Positions 1 through 13,775 of a stretch of DNA of 64,000 nt are shown here, piece by piece. The notes beneath the pieces were generated by a model. It was not told where the DNA came from and searched no databases. It saw only the letters and a list, made by a program, of their open reading frames with translations. The translations under genes and the position numbers were made by a program. The DNA lies in assembly GCA_963575745.1 (NCBI GenBank), contig CAUYUJ010000001.1:3162001-3226000 (forward strand), written 5' to 3'. Origin of the DNA: Prorocentrum cordatum (taxonomy: Eukaryota). Numbering within the stretch: position 1 is the stretch's first letter; the number at the start of each line of letters is the position of its first letter.

Positions 1-151
1 GCCGCCTGCGCTGCCAGCGGGGCTGCGAGCGCCGCCAGTGCCGTTGGCGCGGCTGGCGCCGTGGGCGCCGCTCGCGCCAGGGCTGGCTGGCGCCGCTGGT
101 GCCAGGGCCGCTGGCGCCGCGCGCGGCGGCGAGGCGAGGGAACCAGAGGAG

Positions 152-330
152 GAGGTGTCCGCGACGGTCTGGGCGCAGTTCGTGGCGTCCGGTGCGCGTC
201 GCGAGTCGTTCCAGGACCAGTCTGCCGGCATCCTTGCAGCGGGGGGTGACGTCGAGTCCACGGCGCTGACGTTCAGCGACGCCAGGGACAAGCAGAAGAA
301 GGTGGCGGCCTACATCGCCAACGGCTGTCT
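152..330 (+). pseudogene. Chlorophyll a/c-binding LHC polyprotein relic, part 1 (helix 2 to start of helix 3)
   Basis: Translates EVSATVWAQFVASGARRESFQDQSAGILAAGGDVESTALTFSDARDKQKKVAAYIANGCL. This aligns by eye with the dinoflagellate LHC repeat KVPAAGWAQI..FCEVSQDQSAGTPAAAGDFGFKVLTSSD..EK.KKL.AE.ANGRL. Confidence 0.85.
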
Positions 331-1634
<1,304 letters not shown>

Positions 1635-2370
1635 GTCTGGCCGCGATGGCGGTCATCGGAGCGCTTGACCGTGGCGGCTAGACCGGCTCCGCGCGGGCCG
1701 ATTCGGCGTTGTACGCGCGTTCTTCGCCGCGAATGGGCTGGGCGCAGGTCGTGGCCTGTGGCGCGCTCCGCGAGGCGTTGCAAGAGCGGGCTGCTGGCTT
1801 TCCCGTCGCGGCGGGAGGCGTCGGCTTCGACGCGCCGACGCTCGGCGGCGCCGACGAGAAGCATGATGAATTTACGCTTGAGATTGCCGACAGTCGCATG
1901 GCCATGATGGCGATCATCGGCGCGCCCATCCACGACGGCTTGGTTGGCTCCGCGCGGGGCGACAGGGCGCGGTGCTCGGGCCCCCCGTTGCGCATGCTCG
2001 CGGGTGAGCAGGACGTGCAAGGCCTGGCCTGTTGGGATCCCGCTGACGCCACCTCGGGTGGAGGCGCGGGCGGCCCCGTCCGACGGCGCCAGACCGAGCC
2101 GAAGCATGGCTGCGTGCCCACCCTGGCGACGATGAGCTACCTCGCCTCGGACGTCGCCGGCGTGCTGCCGAGGTGCCCGTCGCCGTCCGCGCCAGAAGCT
2201 CGCGGACACCCCGAACCGCCTCGACGTCATCTCCGAGGTCTCCGCGACGTGCTGGGCGCAGATCGCGGCCTGCGGCGCCTCCAGCGCGCCCCCCCGGGTC
2301 CAGCCTGCTGGCCCCGCCGCCGCCGCGGGCGACCCTGGCTTCCAGGTGCTGGCGCCCGGCGCGGCGCGTG
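1635..2370 (+). pseudogene. LHC polyprotein relic, part 2 (parts of three tandem LHC units)
   Basis: Reads [31 protein letters not shown], then GWAQVVACG...EIADSRMAMMAIIGAPIHDGLVGSARGDRARCSGPPLR, then EQDVQG..WDPAD...RRRQTEPKHGCVPTLATMSY. After a frameshift near 2191 it reads QKLADTPNRLDVISEVSATCWAQIAACG..AAGDPGFQVL. These match the LHC motifs ELANGRLAMMAIIG, the SPLR linker and RRRQTELKHGR. It has a stop, a deletion and a frameshift. Confidence 0.9.
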
Positions 2371-3387
2371 ACTGGTCCCCGCTTGATCGCCGGTGATTGA
2401 GCGGCTTTGGTTTGGGCGCCAGCTTGGCGCTTATAGTCAGATCCTCAAGGTGCCCCCCTGCGGGCGTGCGCGGGGGCAGTTTCTCCAAAATGTTCCCCCG
2501 ACTTCTTTATGTTTTTGTGCTGCTTGGAGTGGGGGGGTAGAAAGAGAGGCGGGGGGGGGCGCGACAGGGGTCCGTCCTGCGTCGTTGGGGGGACCTGCTG
2601 GCCAGAACGTCGTCGCCTTCTAGGTCGCCCTTCCCTGCGCTGGGGGTCTTGTGCCCGGGCGACGCGGGGCCCGCTCCTGCGGCGCCGGGGGGCGGCCGCT
2701 CGCCGCCCCCCGGGGGCCCCTCCGGGCCAGCAGGGGGGTAATCAGAGCGATCTGGGTTTCGAGAGGATTTGGGCTCGTCCCAGGGTCCGAGTCGCCGCGG
2801 CTGACTCGAGCGCGCCTGAGTGCTGCGTGTAGTTGGTGGCGCGTTTGCGCGCGTGCTCCACGGGGGCGCGCGCGCGATCGTAGACCTAGCGCTTCGGTGC
2901 GCGTTTTATTTGCGGGGGCGAGCATGCGATCGCGCAGCGAGTTTTTGCGCGCAGAGATCCAATATTCGTTTCTCCGTTGGCGCCTCTTATCATCGGTATG
3001 TTCTTCCAGGGCGGGCGCGACAAGGCTTGGGGTCCAGGTGGCGCGCCGTCATTCCCAATGTGGGTGGGTTTCTGTGTGATGCAGGGGGATGCGCTGCGTT
3101 TCTGCTTGTCGTCTCTCCGCCCCCTCCTTCTCCTCCTCGGCCCGGGATTCGTCTGAGGGTGGGGTCAGCTGGGGTGGGGCGGGGGTCGGGCTCCCCCGCT
3201 CGTGCCCCCCCTGGCGCGGGCCCCCCGCCCCCGCCTCGTCGCGGCGCGCTTCGCCCCCGCGAGGGTCGTTTGTCTTTTCTTGTTCTTGCGCTGGCGTGTG
3301 GGGGGTGGGTGGGGGGGTGGGTGGGGGGGCGGGGGGCGGCTCTTTGAGCTTGCGCCCCTTCCCAGCACGAGCACGAGCACAAGCGCG

Positions 3388-3525
3388 ATGGCGATCGTCG
3401 GCGTCGTCGTCCAGGACCAGTCCGCGGGCTGGCAGGCCGTGGCAGGGGAGAAGCGGGAGAAGCTCGCGGCCGAGATTGCCGACGCTCGTCTGGCCAAGAT
3501 CGCGATCAGCGATCGCCGCGTCCCG
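3388..3525 (+). pseudogene. Rearranged LHC fragment
   Basis: MAIVGVVVQDQSAG...EKREKLAAEIADARLAKIAI fuses the MAIIGMFFQD, QDQSAG and EK.KKLSAELANGRLAM motifs. Confidence 0.7.
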
Positions 3526-4339
3526 CGTCTCGGCGCGGCGGGGCTACGCGGCCTTCGGGGCCAGGGATGCGGGCTGGTTCGACGTATCAGCCCTGCCTTC
3601 CCCGTCTCCCCCTCCTCGCCCCCCCCTCTTCCCCCTTGCTTCCCCTCCCTGCCCCCCCCCCCCCCAATCTTCTTCTCTTTTCGCCCCCCCCCCCCCCCCC
3701 GCCCCGCCCCGCCCCCCCCCGCCCCCCTCGGCCCGTCCCCCTCTCTCCCGCCTTCTCTCCCTCGGGGGGCCGACGCGTCGACGCGGGGGCGGGGGCGCGT
3801 TGCGCCCCCCCAGGTCGACGTTCAGACTTCCAGAGGGCACTCGCTCACAGTTGCGCGATATGCGTTCCATGTTGAAGCTTATGGCGATGGCGTTGCGACT
3901 GCGAGGGGAAGGAGAGGGATTGACGCGGTGACGTCGCGCATGTGCGCGGTGAGTGCAAGTGCGGGTGGGAAGGGAAGGGCCAGGAGAAGGAAGGGCGTCC
4001 GATGTGAGGGGGCGGGGCGGGTGGGGGGTCCCAGACGGAAGCTCCGCGACTTGTGGCCGCAAGGAATGACGCCGCCGCGAAGCTCATCGCCTCCGCCGCG
4101 AGTTGGAAAGAGTTGCCCGCCAGCAGGGAACCGCTTCTGCTCCGCTCGCAGTCAGGAGAAGCGCCCAAGGTTGAAGGCCGCTGGGAGAGGGGGGGCGGGC
4201 GCGCGTGTGTCTTGCGCGGGGTGTGATGACGATGGGTGCCGAGGCCACGCTTCAAGAACTACAGCGCGCTGTCTAGCGCAGAGACAGCTCCGCGTGGGCC
4301 CTGCGCCGTCGGTGCTATGCCTGGTGGGGCTGCGCCTGT

Positions 4340-7300
4340 AGTCTTATTCGGCCTGCGCCCCGCTCCCGGTGCTGCGGTGCCGGGGGCGGCCGCCGGCCGC
4401 GCCGACACGTCCACGGACTGCCGAGTGGGCACTATGCGACTTGGGACCAAGAGACTTGAAGTTCCGGCGCCGAAACAGGCTCGAAGTGCCCGAACCTCCC
4501 AGTTGAGCCGAGGGGGAACGCTCTCCGGGCGCCCGGGGGGGGGCGTTCGATCGACGGAGCGCCCGACTTGCGGTGGCGCCCGGAGGCGGCCAACCCGCAG
4601 ATGGGGGATCGTTCGGGGCCCCCCTGGCCTGGACATCTCCCGTCGCCCCGCGGTGACGTAGGCTCGGTGCGGTGGGGGTGCGTTTTGTCAGACATGCCCC
4701 GTGTGCGATCCTCCCTTGCTCCTCACCGCTATGCGACGGCTCGAACTACTATGGGCGGGGCGGGCGGGCGCGGCTCGCTCCCGTGGAAGTGCGGGGGCGG
4801 TTGGATTCCGAGAGTTTTCCTATGCGCAACGAGCAGCGCGAGGCTGGTTCCCGCCTGATCACCAGGGGCCGGAAGGCGAGGTGAGTCGCCTCGGTCTGGG
4901 CTTCTTGATCCTGAGGTGCCTCTCCAGGGCACTGCGCGGCCGTGGCCCCCTTGCCGCCGAGGGTTGCAGCGCCGACTGACATGGGGGTGGAAGGGGCAGG
5001 GGGGGCGCGGGTGGGGAGGCGCCGAGAAAGAGGGCGAGGAGGGCCACTCGGGCCCAGTCTACGCGCGGGAGACAGAATCCGTCCGCCGACGTAGACAGTC
5101 TGAAGCCAGAGCGGCCTCTAAGGGGGCTATGCTTGGGTGGCCTGCCCGCTGGGGCGTCGTCGCCTTCTGGCCACTCCCAGGCGCCGGGAGGTGGTCTTGC
5201 GCTGCCTCTCAGGGAGTGGCGTCTTGTGCCCTGGCGACGTGGGGCCCGCCCCCCCCCCTGCGCTGGGAGGTGGTCTTTCACCGTCTTCCACGGAGTGGGC
5301 TCCTTTCCTGGTGGGCGGGGGCGCTTGCAGGGCATGGCGTTCGGGGGCTGCTCGCGCAGGGGGGTGGTAGAGGAGGTGATGGTGGTGGTGGCGTCCGTCG
5401 ACGTAGACAGTCTCAAGCCAGAGCGGCTTCCAAGGGGGCTCTGCTTGGGCGGCCTGCCCGCCGGGGCGTCGTCGCCTTCTGGTCACCCCCGGGCGCCGGG
5501 CGGTGGTCTTGCACCGCCTCTCAGGGGGTGGGGGTCTTGCGCCCTGACGACGGTGGTCTTGCGCCATCTTCCAGGGAGCGGGCTCTCTTTCCTGGCGGGC
5601 GGGGGTGTTTGCGGGGCAGTGCGCTCGGGTGCTGCTCGGGCAGTGGGTGGTGGATGGGGTGGCGCTGGGGGTGGTGGTCGTGACGTCCGTCAACGTAGAC
5701 AGATGCAGGCCCGAGCGGTCTCCACGGGGTTGTACTCAGGTGGCCTGTCCGCTGGGGCGTCGTCGCCTTCTGGCCACTCCCAGGCTAGATTCGGGCATGG
5801 CGCAAGATGGGTGGCGCTTGTCGGCCGCGGAACGGGGGGCAGGAGCGCGCGGGGTGAACGTGGGGGGGCCGACGGCGTCCCGGACCAGGGCTGCGCCTGC
5901 TCTCGCCCCCTCCCGCCCCGCTCGCTCTCGGCGCGCGGCAGGGGACAGAGCTGGACTCAGGCGTTGCGCATTCTCTTTGGCGTCGGGGCGAGGAGTGAGA
6001 GTGGCAGCATGGGCGCGCTGAGTGCCGCGTGCCGGGTCGTTCGGCCTCGCAGACCGGGGTCGTTGCATCCAGAGCTCGATGTCGTGATGCAGGCACGGGT
6101 GCCTGCTGTCTCACATCGCGTGGCGATCGCGCAGAGTAGCTGGGTCTGGGATGGGTACCTGGCGTCTCCACCTCGCTCTCTCCTTCAGCTTCCCCCCCTC
6201 CCTTTCTCGCTTACTCTACAGGAGAGGTTCGGGGTGGGGCCTTTGCTTTGCTGGCGGGGCGGGGTGGGGTGGGGTGGGGGGGGGGCGCGCGCGCGCCGAC
6301 ATCCCCTCCCAGTGCGAGCGCGAGCGCGCGAGAGCAAGGTCGCGATCGGGGGGGCGCGTTCGTAGATTTCACCAGCCTGCGCCCTGCTCCCGGGGCCGGG
6401 GTGCCGGGCGTGGCCGCCGGCCACGCCAGCGCACCCATGGGCCGCCGAGTCGGACGGGAGCTTGCAGCGCTCGCGATGACGGCGTAGGTCGTAGGTGGTA
6501 TGATGCTTAAGTCGGGGAGAGATCCCCCCATATTGCGGCTGGGTCGTCGCGTGGGGGTGCTATGGCGCCGACGTGCGACTCGGGTTCCGTGACTTGGCGG
6601 TATGGCGCCTGGCTCGAAGTGCCCGGACCTCCTGGACGAGCCGCGGGGCAACGTTCCCTGGGGGCCCTGGGGGGCCTCGGGGGGCCTCGCCGCCGTGTGT
6701 CGGCTCGAATCTCGAGCGGGGCGGGCGGGTGCGGCTCGCTGCCGTGTCTGTGCAGGGGCGGTTGGGTTCCGAGAATTTTCCCGTGCAGCTAGCAGCGCGA
6801 GGCTGGTTCCCGCCTGATCAATGGGGATGGGCAAGTGTGGCGTGGCGTTTGGGTCTGGGCTTTCTCGTTCTTAAGGTGCCTCTCCGGGGCGCTGCGCGGC
6901 GGTGGCCCCAGGCCTCCCAGGAAAAACGCGCCGCCAGATTTTGGGGTGGATGGGGCGGGTGGGAGAACGGGTGGGGGGGCGCTTATCCAGGGCCCGAAAT
7001 AAACGCAAGAGACAGAATAATAATCTGTCGACGTAGACAGTTTCAGGCCAGAGTGGCCTTCGAGAGGTTTGGGTCCAGTTCGCCTGTCTGCCAGGGCGCT
7101 GTCGTTTTTCGGTCGCTCCATTTGCGCCGGGAGGTGGCCTTGAACCGCCTTCCAGGGAGTGGGGGCCCTGTGCCCTGGCGACGTAGAGCTCGCTGCCCCT
7201 GCGCCGCGAGGTGGTCTTGAACCACATCCTATGGGGGTGGGCCCCGCGCCTGGCGGGCGGGGGCGTCTGTGGGGACAGCGCTGGAAGGGCGGCTCTGGCA
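4340..7300 (+). repeat. Degenerate ~2-kb direct duplication with a nested ~300-bp triplication
   Basis: Block 4350-5400 is collinear with 6375-7300 (e.g. gctcgaagtgcccg at 4479/6612; agcagcgcgaggctggttcccgcctgatca at 4832/6791). The anchor acgtagacag recurs at about 5089, 5401, 5693 and 7031. Confidence 0.8.
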
Positions 7301-7993
7301 GGGGGGGGTGTGGGGGGGCGGGGGGTGGCGGTGCCGTCGGCGCCCCCGCCCAGCGCGAGCGCGAGCACGAGCGCGATGCCGATCGTCGGGGTGTTCTTCC
7401 AGGGCGGTCTGGCGAATGTGGGCAACGCGCGGGTGGAGTGTATCTGCGCTCGCGTGCGTGCTCTCGTGTGCGTGTGTATGATTGGTTAGAGTTATGGTGC
7501 GGTATGTCTTTGTGTATGCATGTGGGGTGGGCGCGCGGCGCGTGTTGTGCGTTCGCGTCGGTGCGCGTGCAGGGTTGTCTTGAGAGCGCCAAGATTTGCT
7601 TTCCTTGCTGGTGCCTCAATCATCGGCGTGCTCTTCCAGGACGGGCGCAGCAAGGTCCGACTTCCGCTGGGGCGCCTGCGTGGTGCAGTGCGTGAGTGGC
7701 CCCGAAATGTCCAATGCGGGGCCGCGGTTGCCGGGGGCCCCTTCCGCCTCGTCACTCCTGGTCGGGGGCCGAGCTAGCCGTGGGCATTGCGCATGTTTCG
7801 TGGCGTTTTTTTCCGACCAGATGTGGGGTGCAGAGCGCGGGGCGGGGGTTTGCGCGTCTGGCGCTGGTAAGGGGGGGGGTGTGGGGGTGGGGCGGGGGCG
7901 CGGGGAGTGCCGCGTGCAGGGTCGTTCGGGCTACCTTGGCCGGGGCTGTTTTCTCAGCGTTGGCCATCGTGTTCCAGGGGTGAAAACCTCCCG

Positions 7994-8278
7994 GTACATC
8001 GACAAAATGTTGCACCACCTGGTGATGTCAAGAAAGCAAGCCGATTTTGCAATGGATGTTCGCTTCCCCCCCCTCCCCCAAATCTTAACATTGGCTGCGG
8101 TCCCGGGGTCATCGAAACGGCTTGGTGGTGCGACATTCTGTCGCGAGCCCTGGGGGGGCGCCAAGGGGCCTTTGCCATGTGCCCAATATTATGATCAGGG
8201 GGATGTGTGTGGGGGGGGAAGCAATGCAACATAGCTGACAATGCGCGGCGAAAGTGGTGCAACATTTCGTCGACGTAC
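7994..8278. mobile_element. MITE-like element, ~285 bp, 25-bp terminal inverted repeats
   Basis: gtacatcgacaaaatgttgcaccac (7994-8018) matches the reverse complement of 8254-8278 at 23/25. A third partial copy lies at about 8124-8142. No clear TSD. Confidence 0.6.
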
Positions 8279-11200
8279 GGTCTGTCCCACATAGATGGCG
8301 ATCGCGTAGTAGCTGGGCCTGGGTTGGGTGCATGGCGTCTCCTCCTCGTTCTTTTCTCTGCTCGCTCCCCCTCCCCTCTCTCGCCATATCAGAAGGAGGG
8401 GGTCGGGGGGGGGGGTTCTTCGGAGAGGTGGAGGGAGGCGTGCCCGCCGACATCCCCTCCCAGCACGAGCGCGAGCAATATCGCGATCATCGGCATCATT
8501 ATCCAGAGGGCGGCTAGGTTTGCGCTCCGCGCGTGGCGCCCGCGCCCTCCGCGCCAGATCCCTGCCGCTCTCGGAGGGCGACTGGGTCCCCGTTGGCGAC
8601 TGGGGCGCCTGGGGGTCCCAGGGAGATACTTCCTACGCTGCCGCGCGCCTCGCCGAGAGCCTCCCCGGGGCGCCTGCGCCGCCCCGCCTGGGCCCTGCTC
8701 CCCCGCCTTGCCTCCCCGACGGGGGGGGCGAGACAGGGCGTCGACGGCGGGGGTCGCCAACGCCCTCCTGGCCATCGCTGCGCGCCTAACAGGTCGAGCT
8801 TAGCTGGGGTGCCCGGCTCGCCCTGGAAGGCCGCGGCCGCCGCCCGCGAGTCGCCCCCCCCGACGGAGGAGACGACGAACAGAGTGTATTGGCGTCGGGA
8901 ACCACCGACGCCCCCGGCCCCCAACCGCGGTTGGTTGTGACCCTCGGGGTAACGATTTTGAGTCGCCCTCTCAGGCGTCAGCGCGCTTTCCGCGCGCCGG
9001 GTGCTTCCTTCGCTGGATGCGCCCCAGGCCGCGGGGCGGGCGCCAGTGCCCCCCGACGATGCGCATGTCCGGCGCCCCCCCTGTTCGGTTTGCTTGAACC
9101 CCCTCGACGTGCTCGGCGGTGCGATGGGCCACTACTTCCGCTCAGGCAGCGGGCCTTGGGCTCAGCGCCGACCCCCTCCTTGCCGCCGTCGGCCCGCCGG
9201 CGGGCGACGCTTGCGCTGGGGCCCCGAGCGGGCCGAGCGGCGCGTGCTTCTTGGAGGGCCACCGAGACATCTTTTACGAACCGCTCTTTCAGGGGTCAGC
9301 GCGCCCTTCGTGCGCCGCGGTGCTTCCTTCGCCGGGTGCGCCCCGGGCCGCCCGGAGGGCATCTCTTCCCCCCGTCGATGCGCCTGTTCGGTGCCCCCCC
9401 TCCCCCGCCGCCCGCTTCTTGGGCCCCGGCGCCGCCGGAGAGCCGCCGCCGCCTGACTATGAGCTGGGGCGACGCTGACCCCCGCAAGGGAGGCTTCGAC
9501 ACCCTCGGCGGCGACGCATCGAGTCTGCGCCCTCCTGGCGGAGGGCCCAGCCAATGCCCCCTCGGCGCGCTCAGCGGCGCGCGTGGCGAGGGGGTGGGCG
9601 GAGACCCGCTTGCGAGGCGAGCGCTGGCAATTCTTCCCAGGGGGGCCCTCCTCCTCGCCGCCGCGCGCCTTGCTGAGAGCTCGCCCAGAGAGCCTGACTC
9701 GCCCCGCCCAGCGACGGCCTCTCCGAGTCGCCCATGCGTCGGAGGAGAAGAAAAACAGAGGAGGGCGGGCGTTGGTCCTGGAGACAGGAAGCAGAGGAGG
9801 TCGGCGGCGAAGACCGCCGACACGGGGGAGATGAGAAGCAGAGCGGCGGGGATCACCAACGACCCCTGGCCAACGGTTGCTTGCGTCGACGCGAGGCAGA
9901 GGTGCCCCCGCGCCGGACGTGCGAACCCCGTGCATGGGGTCGCCAATATGCCGTGGCTGCGCCGTCCCGGGCCCGGGGGCCCGGCTGAGCCCCGCCAGGC
10001 TCTGGAAGGGCGCGCGCGTGCCCTCGAGCTCTTGTTCGGCGACGCCTTTGGCGGGGTGAGCGGCGGCGCGGGTTGCGGGCGCGCTCGGCGGCCCGCCGCG
10101 CGCTCCGCCGAGACTGCGGTGGCCCGCCCGCAGGGCGGTGCCGATGGGCATCGCGGCTGGCCCCCCCCGCCCTCCATGGTTGCTCCTCTGCGCTCCCCCG
10201 CCCGAGCGGCGACGGGCGCCGGCAGTTCCAGCGCGGGGGATTGCCGCGGTGCCCCCCAGGGCGGGGGGCGCGCCATCTCAGCCCCGGCCGCCCTCTGCCG
10301 CGACCCCCTCCATGCCGGCTGGGTCCTGGCCGCCGCAATTAGAAATAGGAGGCGGTGGGCCCAGCGCGGCCTGGGCCAGGCATTGCTCGGCGCGGTGGGG
10401 GCGTCTGAGACCCCGGCCGACGCGACGCCGCCTTCCTTCGCAGCTTCCTCCATCTTTTGGCTTCGTCGCCGCCGTGATTCTCGCGCGGCTGCGCCTCTGC
10501 GACAGTGGGTTGGCCTGCTGGCCCCCGCCCAGGCCTGCCGGCGCCCGGTTTGCTTGGTTTTCAGGCGAGCACGCAGCCCTCTTGGCAGGTGTGCCAGTGG
10601 GCCTGCTCGCGCGCTGCCCCCCCCGCGGCCCCTGACCTTGGGTGCCCGGGCCTCCCGCCCTCTGGCGCCCTGCAGGTCTCGGATCTCGGCGATGTTGTCG
10701 CTCCTTGGCTGGTGGCGGCATCGGCAGTTTAGCTGGCCCCAGTTTTTGAATTTCGCGGTGGACTGGCCCAGCCATGTATCGCATCCCAGAGCATCGATTT
10801 ATTTCTGGTTAAAGGTGGAGGAGGGGGAGGGGGTGCGCGTGAGGAGAAGGAGTCGGTTGATGATCTCTTATCCCAGCATCTCTCACCGCAGCGAGCTGCT
10901 AGACTTGCGAAACGGTTGGCGATACTTCGCGAAATGGAGACGATTTGGGGTATCTTCTCGAGTGGGTTGGCGGTCGAGTATTGCGGGGGCTCCTTATTGA
11001 CTGCGCACTGGGGGAATGGAAGGTGGAGGGTGGTCAACAATAAATATCCGGAGGGGATTGACCAGTTGATTGAGAGGAGTGTTGAGGTGGAGGGTCGGTA
11101 CCGAGTGAGGCCGAGCTCCCTGGGCAAGAGTTTTTGTCAACACGAGCTTCGAGGGGCAAGCTCTCGAGCACTCGAGCAGATGAATTGACGCATTCCGCGC

Positions 11201-11898
11201 GCAGGGGCTGCGCCTTCGTCCGAAGTTGGCCCGTATTTCCCCCGCCAGAAAAACGTTACTTCAACTTGGTCGCCGTCCGTGGACGGTCCGACGGAAGTGT
11301 TGACAAGCATGGTGTGGACATCGGGTACTATCTACAGTCTGCTCTGACTCCCTCCTCTGCGCGCCCCCTCTTTAACTCTTATAACGCAGCCCTGCGGGCA
11401 AGCTTTTCCGCCTAGCGTGACTCTCTCGTTTGAAGAGATGTGTGCGAGGCTGCGCTCCATCTGCCTCCCGCCTGCGCGATAACCGACGCTGAATTCTCTG
11501 CTTTAGAAGGCCTCCAAGAGGCCACCAGGCAACTGCTCCTGGGTCTCGGGTAGCCGCGTCGGCCGTGGTGACGTTGCCCGCCAAAGCGCAAAAACTGTCG
11601 CTCCTCGCGCTGGGCTCTTCCCAGCGCGCCCCCTGCCCCTCTGCTGAGGTGGCATTCTGTGGTTGCTCCGTCACTAGAGCGGCGAGCTTGATCTCGGCGC
11701 GCAGCCGCCCCGCTGTTCGTCGCGCCTGCCCCCCCGCCCTGGGCGCGCGCCGGGCTGCCTCCGGGCTCCGGGCCCCGGGGCTGCCTGCCCCCAGCTGCTG
11801 CCCTGGCGCCGCCGCTGGCTCCCCGCCCCATCGCCTGTTCCGCCGCCGCCTGGCCTTGCTCTGAGCGGGCCCAGCTTCCTCTCCCCCCGGCCCGCGCC

Positions 11899-11936
<38 letters not shown>

Positions 11937-12189
11937 TTTTCATTATTTCTTTCTTTCTGTCTCTCTCTCTCTCTGCTTTCTCTAACGCGCACTGCAGCGT
12001 GATTTGCGTTATGTGCGCCCCACGAATGCCGCGTCGCTGGAGCAGCACTTCTACCCAGCCGCCGACGCAAACATGTGTGTGCGTGTGTGTATGTGTGTGT
12101 TGGTGGGTCGGGATGGTCCTGGGATTTCTTTCCGGTCAGGTGGTGAAGGATAAGACCTTTCCCCGAAGCTTAATGTATGTTTCTGGGCT

Positions 12190-12720
12190 GGGGGTTGCCT
12201 GGGTTTTGGCTAGAGGGTTCTTGGGTGTCTCCTGGGGTCTCTTGGGGTCCTATTGTGGGCTCTTTGAGGCCTGTTGAGGGGCTCTTCGGGGGCCTATGGA
12301 GGGCCTGTTAGAGGCCGTTTCGGGGCCTCTTTGGGCCTCGTGAGCGCTTTTGGGGGCCTCCTGGAGGCATGTCGGGGGTATCGAGGGACAGCGCCTGGGA
12401 AGAAGGCCCTCTTGGGGCCCTCTTGGGGCCCTTTTGGGGCGTCTTGGAGCAGGCTTGAAGGTCTCTTGGGCATCACTGGCGGTCTGAAGCTTGAAGAATG
12501 CGATAATTCCTAATTCCTTCAATAGCTTCTGAGATAAATCGATGAGTTGCGCATCGTGGGGCCCTCTTGGGAACCTTTCCGAAACGTTCTTCAGCGTCCT
12601 GGGGGTCATCGGGATCGTCTTGAGGCCATCTTGGGCATCTTGGAAAGCTCTTGGGGCAACTCGAGTCCTCTTGGGGTCCTTGTGCCCTGTCTTGGCGCTT
12701 GCTGGCCCCGAGCCCCGAGC
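12190..12720 (+). repeat. TCTTGG-type ~10.5-bp-periodic dispersed repeat block
   Basis: Recurrent (g)gcc/gtc-TCTTGG-gg units 10-11 bp apart. Sister blocks at about 22150, 23290, 28230-28790, 33460, 39380-40260, 46790, 48850, 49420, 51650 and 58225. Confidence 0.8.
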
Positions 12721-12984
12721 AGCGATCCTTGCATTCGGCGCGTTGGGTCTGGCCCCCCCCCCCCGCGGACACTCCATTCAGAGCCGACGGCACGGTGCCA
12801 TGTTTGTATTGTCCTCCAGCGAGAGGACTTGCGGAGGGATGGTGCAATGCATAGTTCGTCGTGCGTGCTGTGATTCATGTCTTCTGGCTCTTCTTCCTGC
12901 ACCGCGACTTTGCTTCTTGTAACTTCGCCACGTGGGCAATTAGGCCCCCTGCTAGGGGTTGCACATGTGAGGGCGGGGAAGCGG

Positions 12985-13122
12985 AGGATAAGGATGAGGA
13001 TGAGGAGGAAGATGAGGAGGAGGAATATGAGGAAAGAGGAGGAGGATCGAGGAGGAGGGGGAGGAGGAGGAGGAGGAGGAGGTGGAATATGAATAGGATG
13101 ATGAATCTGATGATGATGATGG

Positions 13123-13157
<35 letters not shown>

Positions 13158-13775
13158 CGGATGCTGATGGTGATGATGATGATGATGATGGTGATTATGA
13201 TGATGCTGTTGATGATGATGAGGAGGAGGCGGAAGATGATGATGACGAGGATGATGATGATGAAGAAAAGTAGTAATGGTACTATTAATAATATTTGTAC
13301 TACTAATATGGATACGAATGCGACTAATCATACTTGTAATATTAAGAAGAAACGTAATGCTTAGCATTCTACGAACCATAAGAATTCTGACAGTAAAACA
13401 ACAATAATCATACCACTATTCATAATAACAAACAACATCTTAATACGACTTATAGTCATAGTACGAAGAAGACCAATGCTACTAGTATTCATAATAATAG
13501 ATGAACAACTTCAATACTAGTAAGACGCATAATAAGAGTACTAAGACTAATACTAAGAAGACTACGACTAATACTAATAAGACTACTATAATAGTGTAAT
13601 GCCAATAAATGCGAAAACATACGAATGAAACTAATACGAATGATACGGACATGATTAATACTGATAATAATACGAATGCAATCAAAACATGAATAATCAT
13701 AATAATAATATTACTAATCATAACAATAAGAATACTAATTAGAGTAATAAGCATACGAATAATAATACTAATAAA
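12985..13775 (+). repeat. Compound microsatellite: (GAG)n-(GAT)n followed by a degenerate AT-rich (AAT/TAC)n tract
   Basis: GAG/GAT triplets to about 13265, then taataatac-type triplets to about 13775. Confidence 0.9.

Noticed and set aside
8889..11000. 703-aa ORF, the longest in the track
   Set aside because: Ala/Arg/Gly/Pro-rich with no motif. It overlaps degenerate duplications (8975/9293, 8628/9648), and stops are rare at this GC content.
11900..11935. Poly(T) as a retrocopy poly(A) tail
   Set aside because: No TSD or recognisable retroposed body adjacent.
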